Below, in pieces: positions 33,492 to 42,953 of a DNA stretch of 64,000 nucleotides. Every line of letters starts with the position of its first letter. Positions within the stretch are counted from its first letter, which is position 1. The DNA comes from Prevotellaceae bacterium (GTDB lineage: Bacteria; Bacteroidota; Bacteroidia; Bacteroidales; Paludibacteraceae). The DNA lies in assembly GCA_031271005.1 (NCBI GenBank), contig JAISWT010000111.1, forward strand, positions 3,428 through 67,427. The letters run 5' to 3'. The notes below the pieces were generated by a model. The model searched no databases. It was not told the DNA's origin and was given only the letters and a program-made list of their open reading frames with translations. Made by a program: the position numbers and the translations under genes.

Positions 33492-35351
33492 ATGAAAAAT
33501 ATAAAATATTTAATAATAGCATTCCTCACCATCTCCCTCTTTGGCTGCGAAGATTATTTGGATTCTAAATCCAAATCAACGCTTGATTCGGGAGTGATAT
33601 ATTCAATTCCTACCCTTGCCGAAGGCGCGGTAAATGGAATATTATATCCGTTGGCAGAAACAAATGCTTACAGAGGACGTTTCCTTCCTTATTATGGACT
33701 GAATACCGACTGTGAATGGTGGAACGTGCCAAACATATCATCCACTGCTACTTCGGACCTTTCCCAATACAACACAAAATCCAACAACAGCAATATGAAC
33801 ACAGCGGGGACTCCCAACGCATGGGATTTTATGTACGTTGCTATTGAGAGAGCAAATATGGCTATTCAGGGTTTGCGTCAGACGGGCGAAGCCACAGCAG
33901 GAACAGATTTAGGCGCATTGCTCGGAACAGCATTAACCTATCGAGCAATTATTTACGCCGACTTGGTAAAAGCGTGGGGAGACATACCGGCGCGTTTTGA
34001 AACGGTTTCATCAGAATCTATTTATATTCCTAAAACCGACAGAGACCAGATTTACAAACAAATTATTGCCGACCTCAAAGAGGCAGAAGATTTGGTATCG
34101 TGGCCTCTGGAGCACAAATACACACAAACTGTTCACGGGATTAACAAAACATTTGTCAAAGCATATCGTGCGCGTTTGTGCCTGAACGCCTGCGGCTATT
34201 CGCAGCGACCGGACGGAAGCGTCCGCCTCAGCAATGACCCCGAACTGTCGCCTGACATTATGCTGCCTGTTGCAAAGCAGGAACTTGACGAAATTGTGGC
34301 AGAAGGCGCACGGGCAGGCAAAATGGAAAGTTCTTTTGAAACGGTTTTTCGCAAACTATCGGGCGAGGATTACACCGCAGGCGGCGAGTCGCTGTGGCAA
34401 CTACCCTTTGGGCAGGGACGCGGACGCATCGCATTCCATTTTGCACCACGCCATTTTAATAATGATAAATATTTTCAAATGGGTAGCGCGCGCGGCGGCG
34501 ATATTGGACCCGTATCCACATTATTCTACGATTACGCTTCGGGCGATTTGCGCCGAGACGTAACAATTGTGCCCTATCAGTGGCGCAACGGAAAGCAGGA
34601 ACTGATAAGAGATGGCGACAAAGGCGACGGTGATTTTCAAGTTGCATCAAAATGGTATTTTGGAAAATATCGTTTTGAATGGATGAAACGGGTGGCTACA
34701 AGTACCAACGATGACGGCTTGCAAAAACAGTACATGCGCTTTTCGGAGATTTATTTGATGCTGGCAGAAATCAACTTCAAATTGGGAAACACTGCGGAGG
34801 CTCGACAGAATCTGCTTAAAGTGCGTGCAAGGGCTTTTGATGGCAATGAGGCAACAGCCGCAAGCACAATGAACGCAGATTTGTGGGGTGCAATAATGGA
34901 CGAAAACAAGTACGAATTTGCAGGCGAAATGTTCCGCAAAGAGCAGTTAATCCGCTGGAACAAACTTGGCGAAAACCTGAAAGAAACCAAAGAACGCCTG
35001 AGAGAATTGATAAATATAGGTGCAGATGGCGAAGTACACCCCACAGGTCGCTACGCCGATGTTCCTGTTGATGTTTTCTACAAGGCAGCAAACGATGAAG
35101 ACGGCACCCTGTCGTTCTACGGACTTAACAGAGGCGAAACCGCTGCAAATGCGCCCGCAGGATATACACAGATACGATGGCTCGATGCTAACAGATTTTC
35201 ACCCGTAAAAAATGCTGATGAAACAATTGCTTCGTTTAATCAAATTGACGCGCTGTTTATAAACGACCCCGATACAAAACAGTTTTGGCCCATTTGGGAT
35301 TACATTATCAGCAACAGTAACGGAACCTTGAAAAACGATTACGGATATTAA
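33492..35351 (+). CDS. SusD/RagB-family nutrient-binding outer membrane lipoprotein
   Basis: 619 aa from the ATG at 33492. Lipoprotein signal ..ISLFGC, TPR-like SusD body. It immediately follows SusC. Confidence 0.9.
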   Translation: MKNIKYLIIAFLTISLFGCEDYLDSKSKSTLDSGVIYSIPTLAEGAVNGILYPLAETNAYRGRFLPYYGLNTDCEWWNVPNISSTATSDLSQYNTKSNNSNMNTAGTPNAWDFMYVAIERANMAIQGLRQTGEATAGTDLGALLGTALTYRAIIYADLVKAWGDIPARFETVSSESIYIPKTDRDQIYKQIIADLKEAEDLVSWPLEHKYTQTVHGINKTFVKAYRARLCLNACGYSQRPDGSVRLSNDPELSPDIMLPVAKQELDEIVAEGARAGKMESSFETVFRKLSGEDYTAGGESLWQLPFGQGRGRIAFHFAPRHFNNDKYFQMGSARGGDIGPVSTLFYDYASGDLRRDVTIVPYQWRNGKQELIRDGDKGDGDFQVASKWYFGKYRFEWMKRVATSTNDDGLQKQYMRFSEIYLMLAEINFKLGNTAEARQNLLKVRARAFDGNEATAASTMNADLWGAIMDENKYEFAGEMFRKEQLIRWNKLGENLKETKERLRELINIGADGEVHPTGRYADVPVDVFYKAANDEDGTLSFYGLNRGETAANAPAGYTQIRWLDANRFSPVKNADETIASFNQIDALFINDPDTKQFWPIWDYIISNSNGTLKNDYGY

Positions 35352-35388
35352 TTTTATTAATTTTTAAGATTTAAAATTTAAAATAAAA

Positions 35389-36966
35389 ATGAAAAACATA
35401 TTTTCAAAACTAATGGTTGTGATTGCCGCAAGCGCATTTCTGTTTGCTTGCGATGACAAAGAACCTCTTCCGGGCAGCCCTGAATACGACAGACTGTTTT
35501 CGCCCACAGGTGTCAGTGCAGTGATACTAAACTCCACTCATGCCGATATAACTTGGAAAAACGTTGATGGCGCAGAACTCTACGTTGTTGAAATATACAC
35601 AGGAAAAGATATATTTGAACCTGCAAATCTCGTTTTACAGAATGAAGTTACGGGCAATCGTTACAGTTTTGACGGACAAAGCGACATGACTTATACCGTC
35701 CGCGTGATGGCAAAAGGAGAGAAAGCCGATTCCAAATGGTACTCAAACAACTTCACAACGCTTGTGCCCGATGCGTTTCTGCCTTACATTCTTGGCGATA
35801 TTGGCGCAGATTTTGCAACAATGCACTGGGACAATGCTGTAACCGAGGCTGTAAAACTCGTATTTACAGCAAATGATGGCAGCCAAAGCATTGATTATGA
35901 ACTTCAACAAGAGGATATTGCAGCAGGTGAGGCTACCGTAACAGAGTTGCAGGCAGGAACTGCCTATACCGTAGTGCTTTATGCCGGCGACAGAAGATAT
36001 GCACGCCGCGAAATCACAACTTTGGCAGACGGAACGATTGTTGTAAATGAGGGCGAAGATTTGAAACAGATAATCGCAGACGCACCCGACGGCGCAACAA
36101 TCATTTGCGCACCCGGCGTTTATGCAACAAATAAAATTGTACTCAGCAAGAGCATTACGCTTATGGGCTTTGGCGCAGATTATATGCCTGTGATAGAAGG
36201 ACAGTTGGAATGCTCCTCCGAAGTTAGCGCAATTACTGTTAAATGGATGGTGTTTGACGGCAACGGAATAGACGTTTCGCCGGATGACGACGCCGTAACA
36301 AAACTCGGACAGTTTTTCAACGTTGGCGATGCTGCCTGCAATCTCGATGTGTTGACTATTGACGGATGCGAAATACGCGATTATAACAACAATTTCCTGT
36401 ACAACAACAAATCAGGAGCAGTAAACACTATTGTTGTTACAAATTCGTTGGTACATCATATTTACGGCTCCGGCGGCGACTATATTGACTGGCGCGGCGG
36501 AACGCTCGGCAAACTTGACGTAAACAACACCACTTTCCACAGCGGCTCGCGGGCATTCCTGCGCATGCAAGTGGAATGTGATGCTAAATTTGTCAATTGC
36601 ACAATGTATAAAATTGCCAATCTGGACAACAGCAACAATTCAGGGCTGTTTCGTATGAGCGGCGGCGGCAAATTTGAAGTAAGCAAATGTTTGTTTGTAG
36701 AAACAGGTGTGGACAATCCGACAAACGCCTCATCAGGAAATTTCTGTAAAAATTCAGGAAATATGATATTAGGCAGCACCGAATCTCCTGTTTATTCGAG
36801 TAACATTGTGTGGAGTTGTTACAATATTTGGGTAGGACTTTATACAGACCCCGGGCAGGTGGGCGCAACCGAAGTTGACCCCGGATTTGCCGACGCTGAA
36901 AATGGCGATTTTCACGTTGCCAATACTGCGGTGAGAGGAATTATCGGCGACCCGCGCTGGTGGTAG
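35389..36966 (+). CDS. Surface lipoprotein with Fn3-like plus right-handed beta-helix-like region (DUF4957/DUF5123-like)
   Basis: 525 aa. Lipobox FLFAC, Fn3-like N-terminal repeats, later Gly/Asn-rich beta-helix-like repeats, and a terminal ..GDPRWW motif. It sits after SusD, as in pectin PULs. Confidence 0.6.
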   Translation: MKNIFSKLMVVIAASAFLFACDDKEPLPGSPEYDRLFSPTGVSAVILNSTHADITWKNVDGAELYVVEIYTGKDIFEPANLVLQNEVTGNRYSFDGQSDMTYTVRVMAKGEKADSKWYSNNFTTLVPDAFLPYILGDIGADFATMHWDNAVTEAVKLVFTANDGSQSIDYELQQEDIAAGEATVTELQAGTAYTVVLYAGDRRYARREITTLADGTIVVNEGEDLKQIIADAPDGATIICAPGVYATNKIVLSKSITLMGFGADYMPVIEGQLECSSEVSAITVKWMVFDGNGIDVSPDDDAVTKLGQFFNVGDAACNLDVLTIDGCEIRDYNNNFLYNNKSGAVNTIVVTNSLVHHIYGSGGDYIDWRGGTLGKLDVNNTTFHSGSRAFLRMQVECDAKFVNCTMYKIANLDNSNNSGLFRMSGGGKFEVSKCLFVETGVDNPTNASSGNFCKNSGNMILGSTESPVYSSNIVWSCYNIWVGLYTDPGQVGATEVDPGFADAENGDFHVANTAVRGIIGDPRWW

Positions 36967-37000
36967 AAATCATAACAACTAAAATATTTTAATGATTGAT

Positions 37001-37107
37001 AGCCTGAGTTTTGGAACGGATAATTTTTTAAAGGATTAAAGAGGGATTTATATGATATTTATCTGATTATCAGATTATTATGCAATTTCTTATCCAAAAC
37101 TCAGGCT
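37001..37107. repeat. Long intergenic hairpin (MITE- or attenuator-like)
   Basis: agcctgagttttgga(acg)gataa at 37001-37023 pairs with ttatccaaaactcaggct at 37090-37107. The inner palindrome atctgat t atcagat lies at 37061-37075. Confidence 0.7.
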
Positions 37108-37194
37108 GTTAATTTATGGTAACCCTTGTTCAGTTATGTTGATAAGCAAGGGCGGGGCTTTTATAGTTTTTTGTTAAAAAAAATTTTATTAAAA

Positions 37195-38736
37195 ATGAAG
37201 ATTAAAAATCAATTTATTTTATTTTTATTAGTAATAATTTCTTTTTCGTGTAAAAATGGCATAAAAAACGCAAATTATTTTGATTATTTATATAAAGATT
37301 TGCCGTTTGAAATGCCGAGGCTGACAAAGCCGACTTTCCCTGCCAAGACGGTTTCTATTGTTGATTTTGGGGGCGTGGGTAATGGCATAACGCTCAATAC
37401 CGATGCTTTTGCCAAAGCAATGGACGCCCTGTCGGCACAAGGCGGCGGAACGTTGCGCGTACCGTCGGGAGTGTGGTATACGGGTCCTGTTATTTTCAAA
37501 TCGAATATAAATTTGCATATAGAAAAAGGCGCGCTGATACTGTTCTCGCCCGATTTTTCGCTCTATCCGCTTGTAGAGACAGTGTTTGAAGGGCTTGACA
37601 CCCGCCGCTGCCAGTCGCCAATTTCGGGGAAAAACCTCGAAAACATTGCGATTACGGGCGAAGGCGCAATTGACGGTTCGGGTGAATTTTGGCGACCTCT
37701 CAAAAGAGACAAGGTTACCGAAAGTCAGTGGAAGGCAATTGTTTCCACAGGCGGCGTTATTAAAGACGGCACAACCTGGTACCCGTCCGAAGGCTCAATG
37801 AAAGGCGCGGCAATTGCTGATATGAACGTGCCGCGAGGCGACTATTCACCCGAACAATGGCTCGAAATAAAAGACTTTTTGCGTCCGGTGATGATTAGTT
37901 TTATGGAATGTAAAAACGTGCTGATTGAAGATATTTTAGTGGAAAACACTCCATGCTGGGCTATTCATCCTTTAATGTGCGAAAACGTGATTATTGATGG
38001 CGTTATGGTTCGCAATCCCGCCTACGCGCAAAACGGAGACGGTATAGACTTGGAGTCGTGCAAAAATTCCATCATTATCAATTGTGTTCTCGACGTGGGC
38101 GATGATGCAATTTGCATCAAATCGGGCAAGGACGCAGACGGACGTAAACGCGCCCGCCCCACCGAAAACCTGATTGTGGACAACTGCAAAGTGTTCAACG
38201 GTCATGGCGGCTTTGTAGTGGGCAGCGAAATGAGCGGCGGCGTGCGCAATATTTCTGTATCCAACTGCGTATTTATGGGTACGGATGTGGGTTTGCGCTT
38301 TAAAAGCAAGCGCGGACGCGGCGGAGTTGTCGAAAATATTTACGCCAGCAATATAAATATGTTCAATATTGCCACCGAACCATTCCTGTTCGACCTTTAC
38401 TACGGCGGCAAATCGGCTGTAGAAGCCCTGTCGGATACTGTCAGCACACCAAAAACAGACAAAATTCCTGCCGCTGACGAAACAACGCCCGCTTTCCGTA
38501 ATATCAACGTCAAAAATCTCACGGCACGCAACGCACGCAGAGCAATGTTTTTCAACGGCTTGCCCGAAATGCCTATCGACAGCATCAATGTGGAAAACGC
38601 ATTTATTACAGCAACCTACGGAGCAACGCTGTCGGAATGTAAAAACATTGTGTTTAAAAATATTGTAATAAAACAGAAAGAAGGCGAAGCATTCAATCTG
38701 AACAATGTGGAAAATATTCAAACAATTAGCAATTAG
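37195..38736 (+). CDS. Glycoside hydrolase family 28 (polygalacturonase-like)
   Basis: 513 aa from the ATG at 37195. GH28 catalytic blocks NGDGIDLESC, GDDAICIKSG, NGHGGFVVGSE and LRFKSKRGRGG. The TAG stop is inside a TTAGCAA repeat. Confidence 0.9.
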   Translation: MKIKNQFILFLLVIISFSCKNGIKNANYFDYLYKDLPFEMPRLTKPTFPAKTVSIVDFGGVGNGITLNTDAFAKAMDALSAQGGGTLRVPSGVWYTGPVIFKSNINLHIEKGALILFSPDFSLYPLVETVFEGLDTRRCQSPISGKNLENIAITGEGAIDGSGEFWRPLKRDKVTESQWKAIVSTGGVIKDGTTWYPSEGSMKGAAIADMNVPRGDYSPEQWLEIKDFLRPVMISFMECKNVLIEDILVENTPCWAIHPLMCENVIIDGVMVRNPAYAQNGDGIDLESCKNSIIINCVLDVGDDAICIKSGKDADGRKRARPTENLIVDNCKVFNGHGGFVVGSEMSGGVRNISVSNCVFMGTDVGLRFKSKRGRGGVVENIYASNINMFNIATEPFLFDLYYGGKSAVEALSDTVSTPKTDKIPAADETTPAFRNINVKNLTARNARRAMFFNGLPEMPIDSINVENAFITATYGATLSECKNIVFKNIVIKQKEGEAFNLNNVENIQTISN

Positions 38737-38958
38737 CAGATAGCAGATATTAGAGTTTAGAGTTTAGAGTTTAGTTAGGAATTGTTAGGAATTGTTAGGA
38801 ATTGTTAGGAATAGTTAGATGTTGTTTTAATTCTCAATTCTCAATTCTTAATTCTCAATTCTTAATTCTCAATTCTTAATTCTCAATTCTTAATTTCTTA
38901 ATTTCTTAATTTCTTAATTTCTTAATTAACTATTAATCACTAATCACTAATCACTAAT
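38726..38958 (-). repeat. Composite short-tandem-repeat cassette, full copy 2 (inverted)
   Basis: The reverse complement reads (AGTGATT)x3, (TTAAGAAA)x4, (AAGAATT/GAGAATT)x9, aaaacaacatctaactatt, (CCTAACAATT)x3, (AAACTCT)x3, CTGCTAT, TTGCTAA. This is the same order and the same junctions as copies 1 and 3. Confidence 0.95.
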
Positions 38959-38980
38959 TTGGTTTTACAAAAAATTATAT

Positions 38981-38988
38981 TAATTTTG
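38981..38988 (+). promoter_or_regulatory. Candidate -7 promoter box (TAATTTTG)
   Basis: TAnnTTTG match 38 bp upstream of the 39026 start. Confidence 0.5.
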
Positions 38989-39025
38989 CAAAACCAAATT
39001 ATTAATAATAAGTAAGTGTTTTTTT

Positions 39026-40270
39026 ATGAAACGATTTTTGTTGGCGCATCTGATATTTATCGTTACTTTAAGTTCTAATTCTCAAACAATTAAGGTAACA
39101 GATTCTACACAAATATCCCTAATCACATGTTCGCCTTCCCGGAGTGCTGTGTATGCACAATTTGGACACTCAGGTATGCGAATCTATGATGCCATGCAAA
39201 AAATTGACTGGATGTTCAATTGGGGTGTATTTTCGTTTAACACCAGTAATTTCTATTTGAAATTTATCAGTGGTTATACCGACTATCAGTTGGGCGTGGT
39301 GGAGACGCCATATTTTTTGGAGGACTACCACAGACGCGGGTCGAGTGTTACAGAGCAGGTTCTGGATCTTAATTTGACAGAAAAAAACAATCTCATATAT
39401 TTGTTGATGCAAAATTATCAGCCCGAGAACCGCGTGTATCGCTATAATTTTGTGTTCGACAACTGCGCCACACGTCCGGGCGACTTGATAATGACTGCTA
39501 TCAATTCGTACCACGAGCATATATGTTTCAACGATGCCAAGTATACGCCCCTCTCTTACCGAGAGTTAATTGCGCAATACGTGGGCAAACATACTTGGCT
39601 TATGTTTGGAATCGACCTCGTTTTTGGCGCCGAATCGGACGAGGCGCCCGATGAAGACACCGCAATGTTTTTGCCCGAAATTATGAAGGAGAGATTTGCA
39701 CATTCAACCATTGTGTCCAACGTGCTGCCCGAACGCAGTCTGATATTGTCGCAAAATATTCTGGTGCCAAAAAGCGGAGAAGATTTCAATGTCAACGCAC
39801 GCAAAATGTCTGTTCCTTTTCTGTTTTTCTTAGTCCTTTTTATTGCACGCGCTTTTTTACTGGTAAAAGAAATTAAAGTTTTAAGGAAAAAATATTTGAA
39901 CCTTGACTCTGTTTTGCTCATTTCCGTGGGAGTAATCGGAATTATTGCTTTTTTCCTGACCTTTATATCCATACATCCAATGGTGGGGTGCAACTACAAT
40001 CTCCTTTGGCTAATGCCGCTCAATGTGATTGCAGGCATACTGATTTGGTACAAGCCTATGCGAAAATTCTTGTTCTTCTATTTTGTGTTCTATGCAACGC
40101 TCATTATAGTTGCGTGGATTATATACGCTGCCGGTATTCAATCAATTAACTACGCATTTATACCATTGATTTTAACCATGATGCTTGTTGCTACAAGTTG
40201 GATAATACGTTGCTCGCGTACGGTTCCGTTAAAAAGACTGCGAAGAATTTCCAAACATTCAAAACCCTGA
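39026..40270 (+). CDS. DUF4105 (Lnb N-terminal periplasmic domain) protein with C-terminal multi-TM region
   Basis: 414 aa. ISLITCSP...VYA.FGHS..R and FNWGVF resemble DUF4105. The C-terminal ~150 aa contain 4-5 hydrophobic helices. Confidence 0.6.
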   Translation: MKRFLLAHLIFIVTLSSNSQTIKVTDSTQISLITCSPSRSAVYAQFGHSGMRIYDAMQKIDWMFNWGVFSFNTSNFYLKFISGYTDYQLGVVETPYFLEDYHRRGSSVTEQVLDLNLTEKNNLIYLLMQNYQPENRVYRYNFVFDNCATRPGDLIMTAINSYHEHICFNDAKYTPLSYRELIAQYVGKHTWLMFGIDLVFGAESDEAPDEDTAMFLPEIMKERFAHSTIVSNVLPERSLILSQNILVPKSGEDFNVNARKMSVPFLFFLVLFIARAFLLVKEIKVLRKKYLNLDSVLLISVGVIGIIAFFLTFISIHPMVGCNYNLLWLMPLNVIAGILIWYKPMRKFLFFYFVFYATLIIVAWIIYAAGIQSINYAFIPLILTMMLVATSWIIRCSRTVPLKRLRRISKHSKP

Positions 40271-40282
40271 CGGCCGCAAGAA

Positions 40283-40359
40283 TTAGTGGTTAGTGGTTAA
40301 TTGTTAGTGGTTAGTGGTTAATTGCTATCTGCTATCTGCTAATTGCTAATTGCTAATTG
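40283..40359. repeat. Tandem heptamer arrays (TAGTGGT, CTGCTAT, TTGCTAA); truncated cassette
   Basis: attagtggttagtggttaattgttagtggttagtggttaattgctatctgctatctgctaattgctaattgctaattg. Confidence 0.85.
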
Positions 40360-40546
40360 AAATTCTTTTTTTGGAAAAAATTATGTCTATTTCGCACATA
40401 TTTTTAAAATGCAATTTATAAAAGTATTTTTTTAAAATATTAATAAAAATTAAGGTAAATAAATAATAATTTAAAAGAAATAATTTTATCAAACAATCAA
40501 ATATAGTTTTTTTGCCTGAAATAAAAGTTATTTTAATCATTTTGTC

Positions 40547-40554
40547 TAATTTTG
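40547..40554 (+). promoter_or_regulatory. Candidate -7 promoter box (TAATTTTG)
   Basis: TAnnTTTG match 80 bp upstream of the glutamine synthetase ATG. Confidence 0.5.
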
Positions 40555-40633
40555 CAACCAAAATCAAGTAAAATAATGTGATTTAATTATTTTTTATCAT
40601 AACATTATAACACCGTTTTCAAAAAAAAAAATT

Positions 40634-42829
40634 ATGTCTTTATTAAGGTTTAAGGTTGTAGAAGATGCTTTCAAGAAGAAAGCGATTGCAGTAGAGGCGC
40701 CCGGCAAAGCAGTGTCCGACTATTATGGTAAGTATGTTTTTAATCGCGAGCAGATGGCAAAATACCTTTCCGGCGAAACGATTAAAATCATTCTCAATGC
40801 CATTGACAAAGGCGAGGTTCTTAACAGAGACGTTGCCGACCATGTTGCCGCAGGAATGAAAATGTGGGCTATGGAAATGGGCGCAACGCACTACACGCAC
40901 TGGTTTCACCCGCTCACAGACGGCACCGCAGAGAAGCACGATGCCTTCATTGAGTACGAAACCCGCGCAGGCGGGCGTGTAATCGAAGAATTTACGGGGA
41001 AATTGCTTGCGCAGCAGGAGCCGGACGCATCAAGTTTCCCCAGCGGCGGCATCCGAAATACATTTGAAGCACGCGGATACACTGCTTGGGACCCCTCATC
41101 GCCGGCATTCGTTGTTGACGACACCCTTTGCATACCCACAGTTTTTATCTCGTACACAGGCGAAGCGCTCGACTACAAAACGCCGCTACTGAAATCATTG
41201 TCGGCGATTGATAAAGCCGCCACTGCCGTAGCGCAGATTTTTGACAGCAAAGTTAAAAAAGTTTATTCCTACCTGGGCTGGGAACAGGAATATTTCCTTG
41301 TTGATGACGGGCTGTATGCTGCGCGTCCCGACCTCGTGATGACACAGCGCACGCTGATGGGACACGAGAGCGCGAAAAATCAGCAGTTGGAAGACCACTA
41401 TTTCGGCGCAATACCAACGCGCGTGCAGGCATTCATGAAAGATATTGAATATGAGGCATATAAATATGCAATTCCCGTTAAGACTCGCCACAACGAAGTT
41501 GCGCCGAATCAATTTGAACTTGCCCCGATTTTTGGCGAAACCAATCTTTCCAACGACCAGAACCTGCTTATTATGGCTATTATGAAGCGCGTTGCACGGC
41601 GGCACGGCTTCCGCGTCCTGCTGCACGAGAAACCGTTTGCAGGCATCAATGGCAGCGGAAAGCACAACAATTGGTCATTAGGGACAGACACCGGCGTAGG
41701 ACTGTTCACTCCGGGCAGAACACCCGAAGAGAACCTGCAATTCATTACCTTTCTGGTAAATACGCTGGTAGCGGTGCATAGAAACAACGCATTGCTCAAG
41801 GCTTCAATCATGTCGGCAAACAATGCCCACCGCCTTGGCGCCAACGAAGCGCCGCCTGCTATTATCTCCGTGTTTCTGGGAACGCAAATTTCGGGCGTAT
41901 TAGATAAACTCGAAAAATCAACATCCGAAGAAGCAATAGTTGTAGATGCCAAAAAGAAAATGAAACTCGGCATAGCACATATTCCGGAAGTGCTTTTGGA
42001 CAATACCGACCGCAACCGAACATCGCCTTTTGCATTCACAGGCAACAGATTTGAGTTTCGCGCTGTAGGCTCCTCGGCAAACTGCGCTTCTGCAATGACG
42101 GCCATCAATACGGCTGTGGCGTATCAACTCGCCGAATTTAAGAAAGAATATGACGCAAAAATCACATCGGGAGTAACCAAAGAGAAGGCAGTTTTTGATT
42201 TGCTAAAAAAATACATAAAAGAATCGAAAGCGATTCGTTTTGACGGCAACGGCTACAGCAATCAGTGGAAAGAAGATGCGAAGAAACGCGGACTGGACTG
42301 CCAAACAAGCGTGCCGCGCATTTTCGAGGCATATACATCGGAAGAAAGCATAAAACTGTTTACCCAAACAGGAGTGTTAAGCCAAAAAGAACTGCACGCC
42401 CGCAATGAAGTGAAATGGGAAACTTATACAAAGAAAATTCAAATAGAGGCGCGTGTTTTGGGCGATTTGGCGCTGAACCACATCGTTCCTGTTGCATCGA
42501 AATATCAATCGCTGCTACTGGACAATATTACAAGAGTTAAAGCCGTGTTCAACGATGAGAAAGCCACCAAAATCAATGCAATAGACATGAATCTGGTGGA
42601 AGAAATAGCCGAGCGTATCAGCGTAATTCAAACCGAAGTAGCCGCAATGATAGACGCACGCAAAAAAGCCAACGTGATAGAACACGAACAGCAAAAAGCA
42701 AACGCCTACCACGACACCGTATCGCCCTATTTTGACAAAATCAGATACCAAATTGACAAACTCGAAGAAGTGGTTGATAATGAGATGTGGCCACTGCCAA
42801 AATACAGGGAATTACTGTTTATCAGGTAG
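40634..42829 (+). CDS. glnN: Glutamine synthetase, type III
   Basis: 731 aa, the length and sequence pattern of Bacteroides-type GSIII (..HYTHWFHPLT.., ..NEVAPNQFELAPIF.., ..HEKPFAGINGSGKHNNWS..). Confidence 0.92.
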   Translation: MSLLRFKVVEDAFKKKAIAVEAPGKAVSDYYGKYVFNREQMAKYLSGETIKIILNAIDKGEVLNRDVADHVAAGMKMWAMEMGATHYTHWFHPLTDGTAEKHDAFIEYETRAGGRVIEEFTGKLLAQQEPDASSFPSGGIRNTFEARGYTAWDPSSPAFVVDDTLCIPTVFISYTGEALDYKTPLLKSLSAIDKAATAVAQIFDSKVKKVYSYLGWEQEYFLVDDGLYAARPDLVMTQRTLMGHESAKNQQLEDHYFGAIPTRVQAFMKDIEYEAYKYAIPVKTRHNEVAPNQFELAPIFGETNLSNDQNLLIMAIMKRVARRHGFRVLLHEKPFAGINGSGKHNNWSLGTDTGVGLFTPGRTPEENLQFITFLVNTLVAVHRNNALLKASIMSANNAHRLGANEAPPAIISVFLGTQISGVLDKLEKSTSEEAIVVDAKKKMKLGIAHIPEVLLDNTDRNRTSPFAFTGNRFEFRAVGSSANCASAMTAINTAVAYQLAEFKKEYDAKITSGVTKEKAVFDLLKKYIKESKAIRFDGNGYSNQWKEDAKKRGLDCQTSVPRIFEAYTSEESIKLFTQTGVLSQKELHARNEVKWETYTKKIQIEARVLGDLALNHIVPVASKYQSLLLDNITRVKAVFNDEKATKINAIDMNLVEEIAERISVIQTEVAAMIDARKKANVIEHEQQKANAYHDTVSPYFDKIRYQIDKLEEVVDNEMWPLPKYRELLFIR

Positions 42830-42866
42830 TTAGCCAGAACTTACTTGTCAGTTGTCAGATAATTAG

Positions 42867-42899
42867 CCGTCCCGCAGGATTTGTAACCTTGCGGGACGG
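42867..42899. terminator. Hairpin between convergent genes
   Basis: ccgtcccgca(gg) ... (cc)ttgcgggacgg, a 10-12 bp GC-rich stem followed by tgaatttta. Confidence 0.5.
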
Positions 42900-42953
42900 T
42901 GAATTTTAGGAATTTGCAAATTCAACAGGCGCGGGGAGAAACATTAATATCTT

